Shown: piece by piece, positions 1 to 12,300 of the stretch
Position numbering within the stretch: position 1 is the stretch's first letter
Layout of the letters: each line of letters begins with the position of its first letter
From: Tubulanus polymorphus
Lineage: Eukaryota > Animalia > Nemertea
DNA length: 64,000 nucleotides
Assembly: GCF_964204645.1 (NCBI RefSeq)
Contig: NC_134026.1
Span: 20,060,150 to 20,124,149, forward strand
Direction: 5' to 3'
The notes under the pieces: generated by a model
The model's input: only the letters and a program-made list of their open reading frames with translations
Told to the model about the DNA's origin: nothing
Databases searched by the model: none
Position numbers and translations under genes: made by a program

Positions 1-1028
1 GATATCGGCTGTGGTAGCGGTGAGGTCACGAATTTTCTACAAAATAAGATCAACGGAGTTGACCGTATTTTTGGTTTCGATAAGGTATACATAAAAGGCA
101 TAGGCTTATGTCGGGATATAACTTCTCTTTCCATGAAACGAGCTTTTTGATTTTGTTTAGATTTGAGAAAGTTTTTGTTTTCGGAAACAATGAACTTGAT
201 TATTATTTCAGAGTGCATCTATGGTTGAATTTGCTCGATCAAAAAATTCGAATCCTAGAATTGAATATTCCGTAGCTGACGTCACCAAACCCGACACGTT
301 CAAGCCGGAGTGGCAACAGAAATTCGACCTGATAACATCGTTCCACGTTCTACATTGGACTAAGAATCAATACAAAAACTTAGAAAATGTAAAATCTTTG
401 TTATCCCCGAATGGTGAAGTTTTATTCTATCTGCCGTACACGTCATCGATCCTTTACATGTCTGATATAATGAACTCGGTAAAATGGTCTCCATACTTTC
501 AGGTAAACAACGAACGAACATTTTCCACTTTTCATGAAATGTATTAGGTTTTTCGAGCCCTTTCGACGCTGTTACCTACGAACTGAGAATGTTTCGTGTT
601 TGTAGGGATACACACCGACGTGGTCATTTAATCCCGATTGGGAGGAATATCGTGAATGGAGATATCCCGATGAAATCACCGGTTACCGACGAATGGCTGA
701 ATCATTAGGTTTCACGGTTAACCAATGCACGGAACATGTTCAAAATTACATTTTCCCTGATCGTCAATCTGCAAAAGGTATATATTTGGAATTCCAAAAT
801 AAACTCCTGCGTCATTCACAAACGGGCATAGGGTTAACAGTCATCGTCGTATATTTTTTAGGTTTTTTCGGCACAATTTTCCCTCATTCGATGCGAATTC
901 CAGCCTCAGAATCGTCTGAATTTTTAGACGACGCGCTGGATCTCTATTTGAAAAGTTTACCGCTGAACGAAGATGGAAAGATTCGATTTTATTCAAAACA
1001 CGTCCTAGTGAATTTGCAAAACAAATAA
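1..1028 (+). CDS. JHAMT-like class I SAM-dependent methyltransferase, copy 1 (5' end outside the window); exons <1-84, 212-502, 606-777, 862-1028
   Basis: SAM motif I (DIGCGSGEVT), FDLITSFHVLHW and LSPNGEV motifs, KWSPYF typical of JHAMT/Methyltransf_25-like proteins. GT-AG introns keep the frame, and the exon structure matches copies 2 and 3. Confidence 0.85.
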
Positions 1029-3300
1029 AATATGGTGTCAGCGTGATTTGGAGTTCGGTGTGTGTACTTGCCGTTAGTCGCAATATAGGACCGCTTCATT
1101 TATTTCCTTATCCGACGAATTGTCCCATTGCACCGGAAAGTTTGGCATCATTTCCCGAAGTCCACGGGCACTGAGAAGAACGATTATTCAGGGCAGATAA
1201 GTGGGCCCCTGTGTTTTTTTATCTTAAAATAGGGATTGACCCTGTTATTCATTTGATTGGTAGATTTCGTTTGATATTGATACACCGGTCACAATCCTCT
1301 CTTTAATCGTTATCTATAAAATACTTGAGTAAGGCCCTGGCGAGAGAACGTGTCCGTGCACAAATCCGAATGAATAAATTGAAATACCGGATGATAATCT
1401 TGAAGATAATATATTTTATTTACCTTGAACAAAGAATGATTTTCCTAATCCCTATTGTATATGAATCCCTATCGTTCCGAAGCTTCTCCTGTCCTGCTGT
1501 TGACACTCGTCTTACTAAGGTACCGATTCTCTCGATTGACTGCTCTCTCAAGATGCGGGTCCCTTTTATAGAAAGAATCGGCATTCTTAAAATACCGACT
1601 CTCCCACTCGACTTTTTGGCAAGGAGCAGCAACCTTACTGTCATGACTGTTTTGGTCATATAGAATTTGGCCTTAATGATTCGCTGATCTAAAATTATTT
1701 TCAAAACTGATTTGCTAAACTAACTTTTTCCTTCCAACCCTCCGGTCATGACGCGTTGTGATTTACTCACTCCTTGCTAGTCGTTGTTGAGAGAGCAGCT
1801 ATTGTCTGTGAATTACCAACGAGCGCATACAGACAACAGAAACTTCAGACAGCTAGTTTTAACATTTAACACAAATTAATTTTTCTAAAACATTAGTGAT
1901 TATTAACAATTTGTTCTTTAACAACATCTAGATTACTCAAATTAAATATATTTTCAAAACTTTGTTTTCTTTTCTAATTACAGTACAAATTCATTGTTTC
2001 TTTTTTAATTATTATAATTAACTACGATTCGGAATACATTGTGATTGATTATCAATTCTTAAATTATTTGAAATACTTATACTAATTATTTTATCTACAA
2101 TTTAACTAATTCTATTTTAATACAGGATAAGCAAAACAACCACATCTTCCTAAACTTCCGGTTTTTCCTTTTACGGAAAGTAGCCGGGAATATCATCAAG
2201 TATCAGCGTGATCCCTTCACGAGCCTCATTATAAATACACTCCATTGTTCCGACCCAACCAAATATGGTTCCACTATTTAAAAGTTTTATATAAAGATTT
2301 TCTGAATGTTTGCCAGATCTCACAGCAGAAGAACCGAGAAAGAATTGTTTTTTATAGACTGATTTATGGTTTGCGTTGGTAGATGAAAGCATCAAACAAG
2401 AACTTTCGTAATTCTTACTACTAGTACGTTCTTGTCTGACGGCTTTAACGTAACCCCAACGCATACGGAAAAAACATTAAGAACATTTCTAAATACTACG
2501 AAACATTTTCAAATACTACGAAAATCTAGCTGTGGATCAATATTCTGTTTTGGTGTCCCTTACAAACCCACCACACCTGCCGGGAGCGAAACGGGTTTTG
2601 ATTCGGAAATCGAAGTACAAAATGTAGTTGATTTGTCGTTGGTCGAGGTTACATAATTTAAAAAAAAATCGAAGTACATAATTGGAAATTTCGGTTCCGG
2701 TTCATTCAAACAATCATCCAAGCGGCCTGAACCGTCAAGCGACTGATTCGGGTTTATTTTGTTGGCCGCCTAATTAATACATTGAGATTTTGGAAGTAAC
2801 TATATTACAAGGATTAAAGATCATTTGTCAATTTTTTATTTATATTTTTTGGTCGTTTTCTGCGTGTTAATAGTTCGAAAGTTTATTGTAGTCTTTTTTC
2901 CTCGGGTATATGCTGATGTAAAAGTCCTCTAAGTTGATTTCGCTGCATTTGACTAGATTAAAAGGAAGCACATTTCGCAAACGCAAATTATCCAGCTGAG
3001 ATAGTACGCACCCCTGTGTTTTTAGCACAAAGAGTTTAGGACAAAAGCGATAGAAAAGCTGGGAATAAATTCCATTGCTTTCGTTGGTCAGAAGGTTAAC
3101 AATAAAAGCGTCGATCTGCGTTACTTCTTGGTGGCCAAGATAATTTATCCGAGACGATATCCTTTCAAACACTTCGAGCTCTGAATTAGCCGGCCAATAC
3201 AATTTCTTTATCGAAGCCACGTGGGCTTCGGTGTACAGTGTAAAAGTTTTCGGATTCTGAAACCAAATTTCCCATTCTCCTCATCTAATGTTAACACATA

Positions 3301-3585
3301 CGGCGGGCTGGGAGTGCGGGTAGGCAGCCAGGCAGGCGGCGGGTCGGCAGCTAGCCAGGTGGTGAGCCGGGAGTGCGGGCATGGGCAGCCAGGCAGGTGG
3401 CTGGCCGGGAGTGGGAGGAAGCAGCCAGGCGAGATGGCTGGCCGGGAGTGGGAGCAGGCAGCCAGGTAGGCGGCGAGCTGGGAGTGCGGGCAGGCGCAGC
3501 GTGCCGAGTGGGTGCAGGCAGCAAGGTGGTGTAGGCGGCGGGCCGGGAGGGCGGCCGACAGGCAGGCGGCGGGCCGGGAGTGCGG
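3301..3585. repeat. GC-rich, G-skewed minisatellite-like tract (GGGAGTGCGGG / GGCAGCCAGG units)
   Basis: Repeated gggagtgcggg, gcagccaggc and ggccgggag units, with an abrupt GC jump relative to the AT-rich flanks. Confidence 0.85.
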
Positions 3586-4792
3586 ATATAGGCTGACAGG
3601 AGTTCTCCATTCGAAAACTAAACGTTTCTTTTTATCGCCAATCAATCTGTCCTACAAATTTCAATCTCCAAGATAAGTCACTTCGATGATATAAGCCAGT
3701 ACCGGGTAGATTTGTAATCGAACTACCCAAAAGACTGGGCAGTTTATTTCCAAACGCAATAAGAATAATTTCCCGAAATCCCAATCAAGAAGAAATATTC
3801 ATGACCGATATACAGTGCGTCGTCGTTCCAAGAAACGACTCATTAATTTTGTGCTAGTTTAGTTAATCATCAATTGTCCTAGTTTTTGGTGCTGACGTGG
3901 ATTTTGCTCAAGATGGCGCAATAAAGTTGTGTAGCAGTACAGTACATGTACTAGTATCAAGTTAAATGTTGGAGATTATATAACGTTCTAGGAGTAGCTC
4001 AATGATTTGTGAATAATGTTTAATTCGTTTTAGTTGATGCAATTATAGTAAATTTGATTTCAATGGATCTGTTCATTTAAGAAAGATATTCAAGGTTTAT
4101 TTAGACAAGCATACTTATTTAGAGATTATTGGTTTGATAGAAGATTGATGTTTGTGTTTCTATATTTGTAGAAAACTGCGTCTATGCTTCGATACGTTAT
4201 CTAAGTTTTGATGCGTCTGCGTTTAGGTTAGGCATTTAAATGAGAAAATAAAACGTAGTATAGAACGAAGCTATGTTATCACGGCTTTATGATACTTCAA
4301 GGAACGAAACGGAATGGCACGGAGAGGAACGTAAAGGAACATGGACCGTATATCACAAATATCTTGTTCCGTTAAGTTCCTGCCTTTATCAATTCCCTGA
4401 GTAAAACCCGGAACGGAACGGAATAAAAATTTGTAAAACGGTCAATGTAAATCAGTTTTCATGCTACATCATCTAGATTAAATATTTCATCATGCGGCGG
4501 CACGAGTTTGTTCAGGAAGTCTAAACTGCCATCTCAAAAAGTTGAACATACCAGCCACGACATTCTCCACACAGTGATAACAGTTCAACAGATATCAATT
4601 TGTTCACACAAGGTCTGCATTGAGAAAATACGAAGGTCGATTTGAATGCGAAGAGTCTTCTATATAAATCTTTACCATTCACGAAAACGATAGACTCGAT
4701 TCAAGAAAAACATATACGCACAGTATACCGTACACAATTATATTCTGATAATCAATTTTGTTGATAATCTCAACTCTTCCATCGGCAGAAAT

Positions 4793-6062
4793 ATGGACGC
4801 TGACGGCGAGGCTTATTCAAATAATTCTGATCTGCAAAAACAATTGGCTACAGATATTCTATCGTCAAATGAATTTCAGCAGAATCGTTATAGGAACGTG
4901 TTGGACATCGGCTGTGGTAGCGGTGAGGTCACAAATATTCTACTTGAAAAGATCGATGTAGTTGAAAATCTAATTGCTTTCGACAAGGTAGATATACAAA
5001 ATGCATACAATAACGGTAGGTAGTGACTTTTTAACTTTTGATATTCGTCCTTGTTTAATTTCAGAGTGAATCTATCGTTGAATTCGCTCGATCAAAAAAT
5101 CCGAATCCTAAAATTGAATATTCCGTAGCTGACGTCACCAAACCTGAAACGTTCAAGCCGGAATGGCAACAGAAATTTGACCTGATAACATCGTTTCAAA
5201 CACTACACTGGACTCGTAATCAATATAAAAACTTGGAAAATATAAAATCTTTATTATCCCCGAATGGTAAAGTTTTCGTCAATATGCCTCACATTTCATC
5301 GTTCGTTCGCGTACTTGATATAATGAAAATAGCAAAATGGTCTCCATACTTTCAGGTAGGAATTTGATGGTTCTTTTTAGTGGTGACTCGCAATTATAGT
5401 CTGTGTTCTAAATACAACAAGACGGATAGTACTTTTACGGTTAAATCTTATGTTTGACGCACGAGCTTTCGCTACTTGCGAATAGCATCTTCATCAGCAG
5501 GCGGATGAGTCACTCGAAAGCTATCCGTCTCGTTGTATTTATTCTACACCAGATTAACACGGTTTCTCTGCGAGTCTATATTTCATTCACAGCATCGAAG
5601 ATTAATCTGAACATACGTGAATTTCAGGGATTTACGCCGGCATGGTTATTCCATCCAGATTGGGAAGAATATAGCGAATGGAGATATCCCGATGTACCCA
5701 CTGGATACCGAAGAATGGCCGAATCATTAGGGTTTACTCTCAAACGATTTGCAGAGACGAATGATGATTTCATTCTTCCTGGTCGTCAGTGTGCCAAAGG
5801 TCTCCTGTTTGATAGGGAATTCATATTTAAACCCGCTTCTTGTACTCAGCATATACCTTTACTCGTTCAATATCACCGCGATGGTTCTATCATTCCAGGT
5901 TGGTTCAGCGCACTTCTGCCTTTGAAGTGAATTCCGGACTCAAAATCGTCTGAATTTTTGGACGATGCATTGAATCTATACTTGAAAAGTTTACCACCTG
6001 ATGTCAATGGAAAGATTCACATTCGTTCTAAAAATATCATTGCTTATATGCAAATAAAATAA
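4793..6062 (+). pseudogene. JHAMT-like methyltransferase, copy 2; exons 4793-4987, 5065-5355, 5628-5799, 5899-6062; in-frame TGA at 5928-5930
   Basis: Full homology to copies 1 and 3 (MDADGEAYSNNSDLQ...LDIGCGSG...FQTLHW). The last exon reads ttg aag TGA att ccg where the paralogs have CGA (Arg); the frame then stays open to TAA at 6060-6062. Confidence 0.7.
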
Positions 6063-6319
6063 ATTACAAAAATATATTGATTACGATTAGTGTATTTCTA
6101 TTTCGCCAACATGCGTGTCGGAGATTTTTATGCACATACATTCTTCCACGCTTATTTCATTCGACGGTGAAAAAGCAAATACATCTCCACATTTGAAAGG
6201 AGATTAAAGTAAAACTCTTTATTCGAAATCCATTTTTCGTTGTTAATCGATAATCGAAATAAGATGTTATAAATTTCAAGTCCCATACGCCGAAACAAGC
6301 CAGATCGGCAATAATGGAT

Positions 6320-6514
6320 TAATAAGATAAAACCCACTATCTACAGATTAAAAGAATTTAAAACAAGAATTTATTTATTCAATCTAAAATATATAGAATA
6401 CACGACGTTTCGAATCGTCAGGTGTGCACACCTGACGATGATCTCTAGGGTGAATTAATAAATTCTTGTTTTTAAATTCTTTTAATCTGTAGATAGTGGG
6501 TTTTTATCTTATTA
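6320..6514. mobile_element. Palindromic element with Penelope-type hammerhead remnants
   Basis: About 60 bp inverted arms (aataagataaaacccactatctacagattaaaagaatttaaaacaagaattta / its reverse complement) around a centre acacgacgtttcgaatcgtcaggtgtgcacacctgacga; related to 63600-63735. Confidence 0.7.
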
Positions 6515-6640
6515 TCCGTTTACCACATTTAAGTGTGGTTATCGTTCCAATAATGAACTATTCTGAAAAGTCTGGCCGGTTAGACATCAAATGAACAATT
6601 TTCCCGAAAAGAAGAAATACTCTTGACAAATAGTAATTAC

Positions 6641-7034
6641 TATGGTGGCTGATAAGGGCCAAAGCGAAAAATTTCTAGTATGCAAATCAGGGCGCCAGAA
6701 CGCCAGAACACCAAAACGAAAAAAACGTCAAATTTTCTCTGAAATTTCGACGTTTTTCGTTGTTTTGGCGGGGCGCCAAAACGGAATAATCTTTGTTTTA
6801 GCGCGCCAAAACGAACTTTCAGAGAAATTTCGACGTTTTTCGTTGTTTTGGCGGGGCGCCAAAATGAAAGTTCGTTTTGGCGGGAGCGCCAAAACGGAAT
6901 ATTCTTTGTTTTGGCGCACCAAAACGAACTTTCAGAGAAAATTGGACGCTTTTCGTAGTTTTGGCTTTCTGGCGTTCTGGCGCCCTGATTTGCGTACCAG
7001 AAATTTTTCGCTATGGCCCTTATCAGCCTCCATA
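6641..7034. mobile_element. Non-autonomous DNA transposon (MITE) with long TIRs and a 6-bp TSD
   Basis: TIRs tatggtggctgataagggccaaagcgaaaaatttct... / ...agaaatttttcgctatggcccttatcagcctccata; direct repeat AATTAC at 6635-6640 and 7035-7040; internal ggcgccaaaacg subrepeats. Confidence 0.9.
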
Positions 7035-7261
7035 AATTACAGTTCGTCCCATATTTTTGTTTTCTTATTGAACCTACATTGATAAGAATATCAAGGTCGA
7101 TTTAAATGCAAGGAAAATTCTAAGAAATAGTTATTTGTTCACACCACATTTTGATGTGTGACAGTCGCGATAATATATAGACTAAATTTAAACACATTTT
7201 ATACGAGATGTTGATATTCTAGTGCTGTTAATCCCACCTCCGACCCAGAAGGACCGGCGAA

Positions 7262-8668
7262 ATGGATGTTGACGGTGAATTTTATTCAAATAATTCTGAT
7301 CTGCAAAAACAATTGGCTACAGATATTCTATCGTCGATTGAATTTCAGCAGAATCGTTATAGGAACGTGTTGGACATCGGCTGTGGTAGCGGTGAGGTCA
7401 CAAATATTCTACTGGAAAAGATCGATGTAGTTGAAAATCTTATTGCCTTCGATAAGGTATAGATATATAAAATGTATATACAAATCGTAGGCAGTAACTT
7501 GGAAATATATTCTTATCATTCCTGCTCTATTTCAGAGTGTATCTATGATTGAATTTGCTAGGTCAAAAAATCTAAACCCTAAAATCGAATACTCCGTCGC
7601 TGACTTCACCAAACCCGATACATTCGAGCCGGAATGGCTACAGAAATTTGACCTGATAACATCGTTTCAAGCTCTACACTGGACTCGTAATCAATATTCA
7701 AATTTGAAAAACATAAAAACGCTGTTATCCCCGAACGGTGAAGTTTTCTTCCATCTGCCGTACACGTCATCGATCCGTTACATATCTGATGTAATGAACT
7801 CGGTGAAATGGTCTCCGTACTTTCAGGTAGGAATCAGGCCCGTGTCGAGTGGGTATCAGGGGGTAGCGAACGAACCCCTAAAATTTTCGAAGTAACCTCC
7901 AAAGTCAGTGTCAAAGAATTAAGGTCAAGATTTGCGAAATTTGAATATAATTTTCATCCTTCTTTTGGAAAATGAAAGGTAATCGCCATTCTGAAATGAT
8001 TTAGTCAGTTACCCGGGCACATCATATTTTGGATCTGTCCACTTTCACTGGGAGAGTGACCCTTTTAACGGTAAAAAGTGAAATTTTCTTGAATAGAACT
8101 GCCCCGATCGGCACGGGCCTGGAAATGGTGGTTTGATAAAGATTAGTACATGTAGTACTTACACCACAATGCATAGCTGTGTTCTCACACTGTCGGAACT
8201 TAAATCGTAACATTTCATGAATTCAGGGATTTACATCGTCATGGTTGTTTCATCCAGTTTGGGAAGAATATCGTGAATGGAGATATCCCGATGTAGTCAC
8301 TGGATACCGACGAATGGCTGAATCATTGGGGTTTACTATCAAGCGATGTATAAAGAGATTTGATGATTTTACTTTTCCTGATAACCATAGCGCTAAATGT
8401 ATGTTTGATAGGAAAGCATTGATCTCAAGCTTGCTTCCTTCAATAAATGTACTGGTACTCATTCAACAACTACATATACTGTTGTCTTTGTCAATGTTTT
8501 TTAGGTTGGTTCAGCGCGGTGCTGCCTTTGAAGCGAATTCCAGGCTCAAAATCGTCTGAATTTCTAGATGACGCGCTAAATCTCTACTTGGAAAGTTTAC
8601 CACTTGATGGAAACGGAAAGATTCATTGCTATTGCAAAAGTTGCGTAGTTTACATGCAAAACGAATAG
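7262..8668 (+). CDS. JHAMT-like class I SAM-dependent methyltransferase, copy 3 (intact); exons 7262-7456, 7536-7826, 8227-8398, 8505-8668
   Basis: MDVDGEFYSNNSDLQ...VLDIGCGSGEVT...FDLITSFQALHW...KWSPYFQ; canonical GT-AG introns; open to TAG at 8666-8668. Confidence 0.88.
7835..8121. mobile_element. MITE in intron 2 of methyltransferase copy 3
   Basis: TIRs caggcccgtg / cacgggcctg; not seen in the corresponding introns of copies 1 and 2. Confidence 0.65.
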
Positions 8669-9360
8669 AAGACGCACGTAGGCTACTGTCTTTTGAGAAC
8701 GGGCTATGGCTAAAACTGCCCACTTCCAACTGCCAGAAATGAATAAAGATGCCAAAAATCCACGCAGAAATTCGTCAATAAAATACTGTGAAATTAACAG
8801 GGAGAATATTATTTTCGTTTGGTTTCTGCTGAATAATTTATAGAAAATCGAGTAGGCCATACCAGAAAAAAATACTTCGTGTGAAAAGCGAAAAACATCA
8901 AAAGCAACAACAGGTTTTTTCTTTTTTTATTTCTACGTGAAAGAGTCACAGATATCGCCAGTTACTATTTCTGCGAAAACATTTAACGAAAACTGACCCA
9001 TCTATCATGAAAAGAACGACCATGGCTTGACATTACTCCGGTCAAATCATCTATCCCCACGTTAAAATTTTTCGAACATCGCGCTTCTTTACAACCCTTA
9101 GATCCCCATCGTCTCGACTCAGTTCGACTAGACTAAGTATATTAAGACCAAAACCATATCTACGGCACCCGGACGTGACATGGTTTCAAAACAAATGTAT
9201 TTTTTTTTTCGTTCGTACAGAAAAACTTTCTGTTTCCGCGAAAAACATTTCGTTCGAACGTTAAAAAATTGTAGTTTTCATGTCACCTCCGGCCGGCCCC
9301 GTACCAATAAATTTGAATTTGCCGAGTACCCGTAGTTTGGTGGAGACTATTGTTGTTGTA

Positions 9361-9371
9361 AAGATGGCGGC
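9361..9371 (+). promoter_or_regulatory. YY1-type motif AAGATGGCGGC overlapping the GALC start codon
   Basis: Exact match to the AANATGGCGGC consensus common at animal housekeeping gene starts; it may partly reflect a Kozak plus Met-Ala-Ala context. Confidence 0.4.
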
Positions 9372-12300
9372 TTCAGTCACGGGACTTTCGGTTTTCTGGC
9401 TAAAAAGCTTCATTTTCTGCATATATATCGGCACAATCGGATGTTCTACGGTCGCTATCCTCGACGATAGCCAGCTCAATCGTCAATTCGATGGAATCGG
9501 TGGAATTAGCGGTGGAGGCGTAAGTTGATAACATTTTAAATCTCAAAATTTTCGAATCGATGGACTGTGCAGTGGTGGCCGTGCTGATTAACGAAATGTA
9601 CAGTTTGTTGAGTCTGTTTTGAAATTTTGAAAAGTTCCTTGCTTCATTTCAGGCGACCTCTAAGCTACTCGTTAATTATCCACCGACTCAAAAGGCAGAA
9701 ATTTTGGATTATCTATTCAAGGTAATTATTTCATTTTGACACTTTCTGAAGAGTGAGGCCAAGCAAGATGAAGGGCTTCGAGGGCCAGGCTCGCTCAGGA
9801 ATTGTTCGTGTGATCAGAGTCCTTCTGAACGGGGCTTCATCGGCAGCCGGGTGTTCGGCCTCTTGGGGGTGCCGGGCGACTTCACGCGTCCACGGAGTCG
9901 GGTTGTTTGGGAATGCAGCCTGAAGACGGTGGTAAACTCCATCTGAGGCTATATTTAGGCACGAGTGCGACAGCGGACAAGTATCGTGAGGGAAAGTTGA
10001 AAAGAACTTCGAAGACAGTGTCCAACTATGAAACCGTTTGGAGGTTAACAGGTTGTTGTTAATAGGAGGGTAATTTATGAAGGGTGCAAAGTTTTCAAAT
10101 CAAAGTAAATTGTCATCAGCACTTGCGATTGATTTTGTCATGAATACTGGGAATATGTTTATAGTTTTAAAAATGAATATTTTTTACACCTCTGCCTTAT
10201 GGAAGCCGTAAGTTCCTTGTTTTCTAAACGGAAAAATGAATTTATTTTCAGCCCAACTTCGCCGCCTCACTTCATATATTGAAAGTTGAGATTGGTGGAG
10301 ATTCTCAAAGCACAGGTAAACCAACTAAGTGTGATATGAGTAAGACTAGGGTTAGAATTGGGGCATTGAATAGCCTTACCTCAGTCTATTGGTAGCAATA
10401 TAGTGGTCCTGTTGCTAGCTTCGTCTCTATTTCCCATTATTTTTTCCACTGAAAAACTGGATTGGTTTTTGTTGATGGAAGCAAATGGGCTCATGACCTA
10501 ATTTTAGAAAATGGTAGGAGGTCAGGTGCCTTCCCCCAAGGATTTTTTCGATTTTTTGTACCTGGAAAAGTTATTTTGAGGTGTCCAGAATGAATTTCTC
10601 CCCTGTGAAAAAGTTATCAACATCAATTTAGGTCTTTTCAGAATTTTCCGGGCGAACTCAGATGGTGTTCATTTTCTGAAATGATAATGTTTCTAGTGGA
10701 TTCATATCAAGATTGTCTTATCTTTAATTATGCACATGGCCACCCCAATATTCCTTTGTTTGTAGATGGTACTGAGGCATCGCATATGCATAATTCCTGG
10801 GATGAAAATTATAGAAGAGGTTATGAATGGTGGCTGATGGTTGAAGCAAAAAAGGTGCGAATCTACGAATCACTGACTATTTAAAAGTATCCAAAAAGAT
10901 TGTTTTTAACTAAATGCATTCATTATAAGGCGCCTCATGAAGATTTTTGGTTTCAATAACTGCAGTTTTTTAGTTGTTCCAAATATACACATTGTCCAGT
11001 ACTGCAAAGGTTTCCATAAACAAACATCACAGGTTGGAAGCCTGAACTAAAAAGAATTTAGAAAAATAATCACTCAGAAAAAAATCAGGGAATTTTAGAT
11101 GTCTTCTTGGTCTTGCCGGTGATGAACGGTACTTACGAATCTCTTTAAAAGATACTGACAGCCATTGAGGATAGGGAACCAGAATTTAGGATTCCCCTTG
11201 TAAGAACCGTGCATCAGTAGGGTTGACAGTGTTAAGAAGTAACTCGGCATTATAGTAGAAATACCAATTTTTCTTGTGATGCCTTATTTTGAAAGCATTG
11301 AGCTTATGATATTAGCTAGAGGTATATTATATGATCGATAATTATAAGTATATAATACTAGCAAAACAACCATGGAAACGAATAAGTGTTTTTGTGCACA
11401 GACCATCATATTAGATTAATAAATCCCATGGATGGAGACAATAGACCATCACACCTGGACTCAGTTCCACAGTTGTGAGTTAAGATTTGATTCAGCGTTA
11501 ACTCATTGAAAATGAACTAATTTGAAGTTAACTCTAACTAAGAACTGGATCCTGGAGAACAACGCCTGCAACAAGCAGATCAGCTGCCATTTTTTTAGCT
11601 TTCTTTGCATCGGTCTGATCATTGATTATTTTTTAAGCGAAATCCTGACATCAAACTGTACGGTTTGCCTTGGGCGTTCCCCGGATGGTTGGCGGCTGCA
11701 GGAAGTAGGTCGCCGTACTCGAGGCCATCGGTTACGGCTTCGTACATCGTCAAATGGGTGCAAGGAGCGAAACGAGTTTACGATTTGACGATAGACTACA
11801 TCGGGGTATGTGGAATGTCGATTCATTTTCTTGCGGGTCTGTTTAGGCTGGACTGTTTATAACGGCGTCAAAATTGCTATTGTTTCTTTATTAGATTGAT
11901 TTGAATCTCATGTCAGGGCATTTTTGGGAGTCAGTCATTTGTGTGAACTGGGATGCAATCAAGATTTCATTCTATTGAAATCAACCTTCAGTTCCAGGGA
12001 CTGACGAACGTTCAAACACTTCGTTCACCGTCTGATTTTTATTCTTGTAGATTTGGAATGAAAGGGCTTTCGATAAAACATATGTCGAGGTAAGTCGCGT
12101 ATCGAATACAATCGGGTCAATTATAGCAACAAGCGATGTATGTCATCGGTGTATAACACTTTAGATCGTGGAAAATCTCAACGGTGTGTAGGGGTTTGGC
12201 TCTGGCTTCCCATTGAGGTTGCCCCTTTTATTGTAGATATTGAATATAACCACACCGATTTAAAGCTCAATTGTTGGAAGAATTGATTAAATCAGGGGTT

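Noticed and set aside
3208-3645. Overlapping Pro/Ala/Gly-rich ORFs on both strands
   Set aside because: These arise from a GC-rich repeat that lacks stop codons.
5928-5930. Selenocysteine recoding of the in-frame TGA
   Set aside because: The paralogs have Arg (CGA), not Cys, and no convincing SECIS is visible downstream; a C->T transition is simpler.
6642-7082. 146-aa ORF and a CRISPR-like repeat pattern
   Set aside because: The ORF lies almost entirely within a MITE; the repeats are subterminal iterations with non-unique spacers, the context is eukaryotic, and there are no cas genes.
9170-9185. CLEAR/TFEB site upstream of lysosomal GALC
   Set aside because: ggacgtgac is not a full CACGTG E-box, so the support is insufficient.
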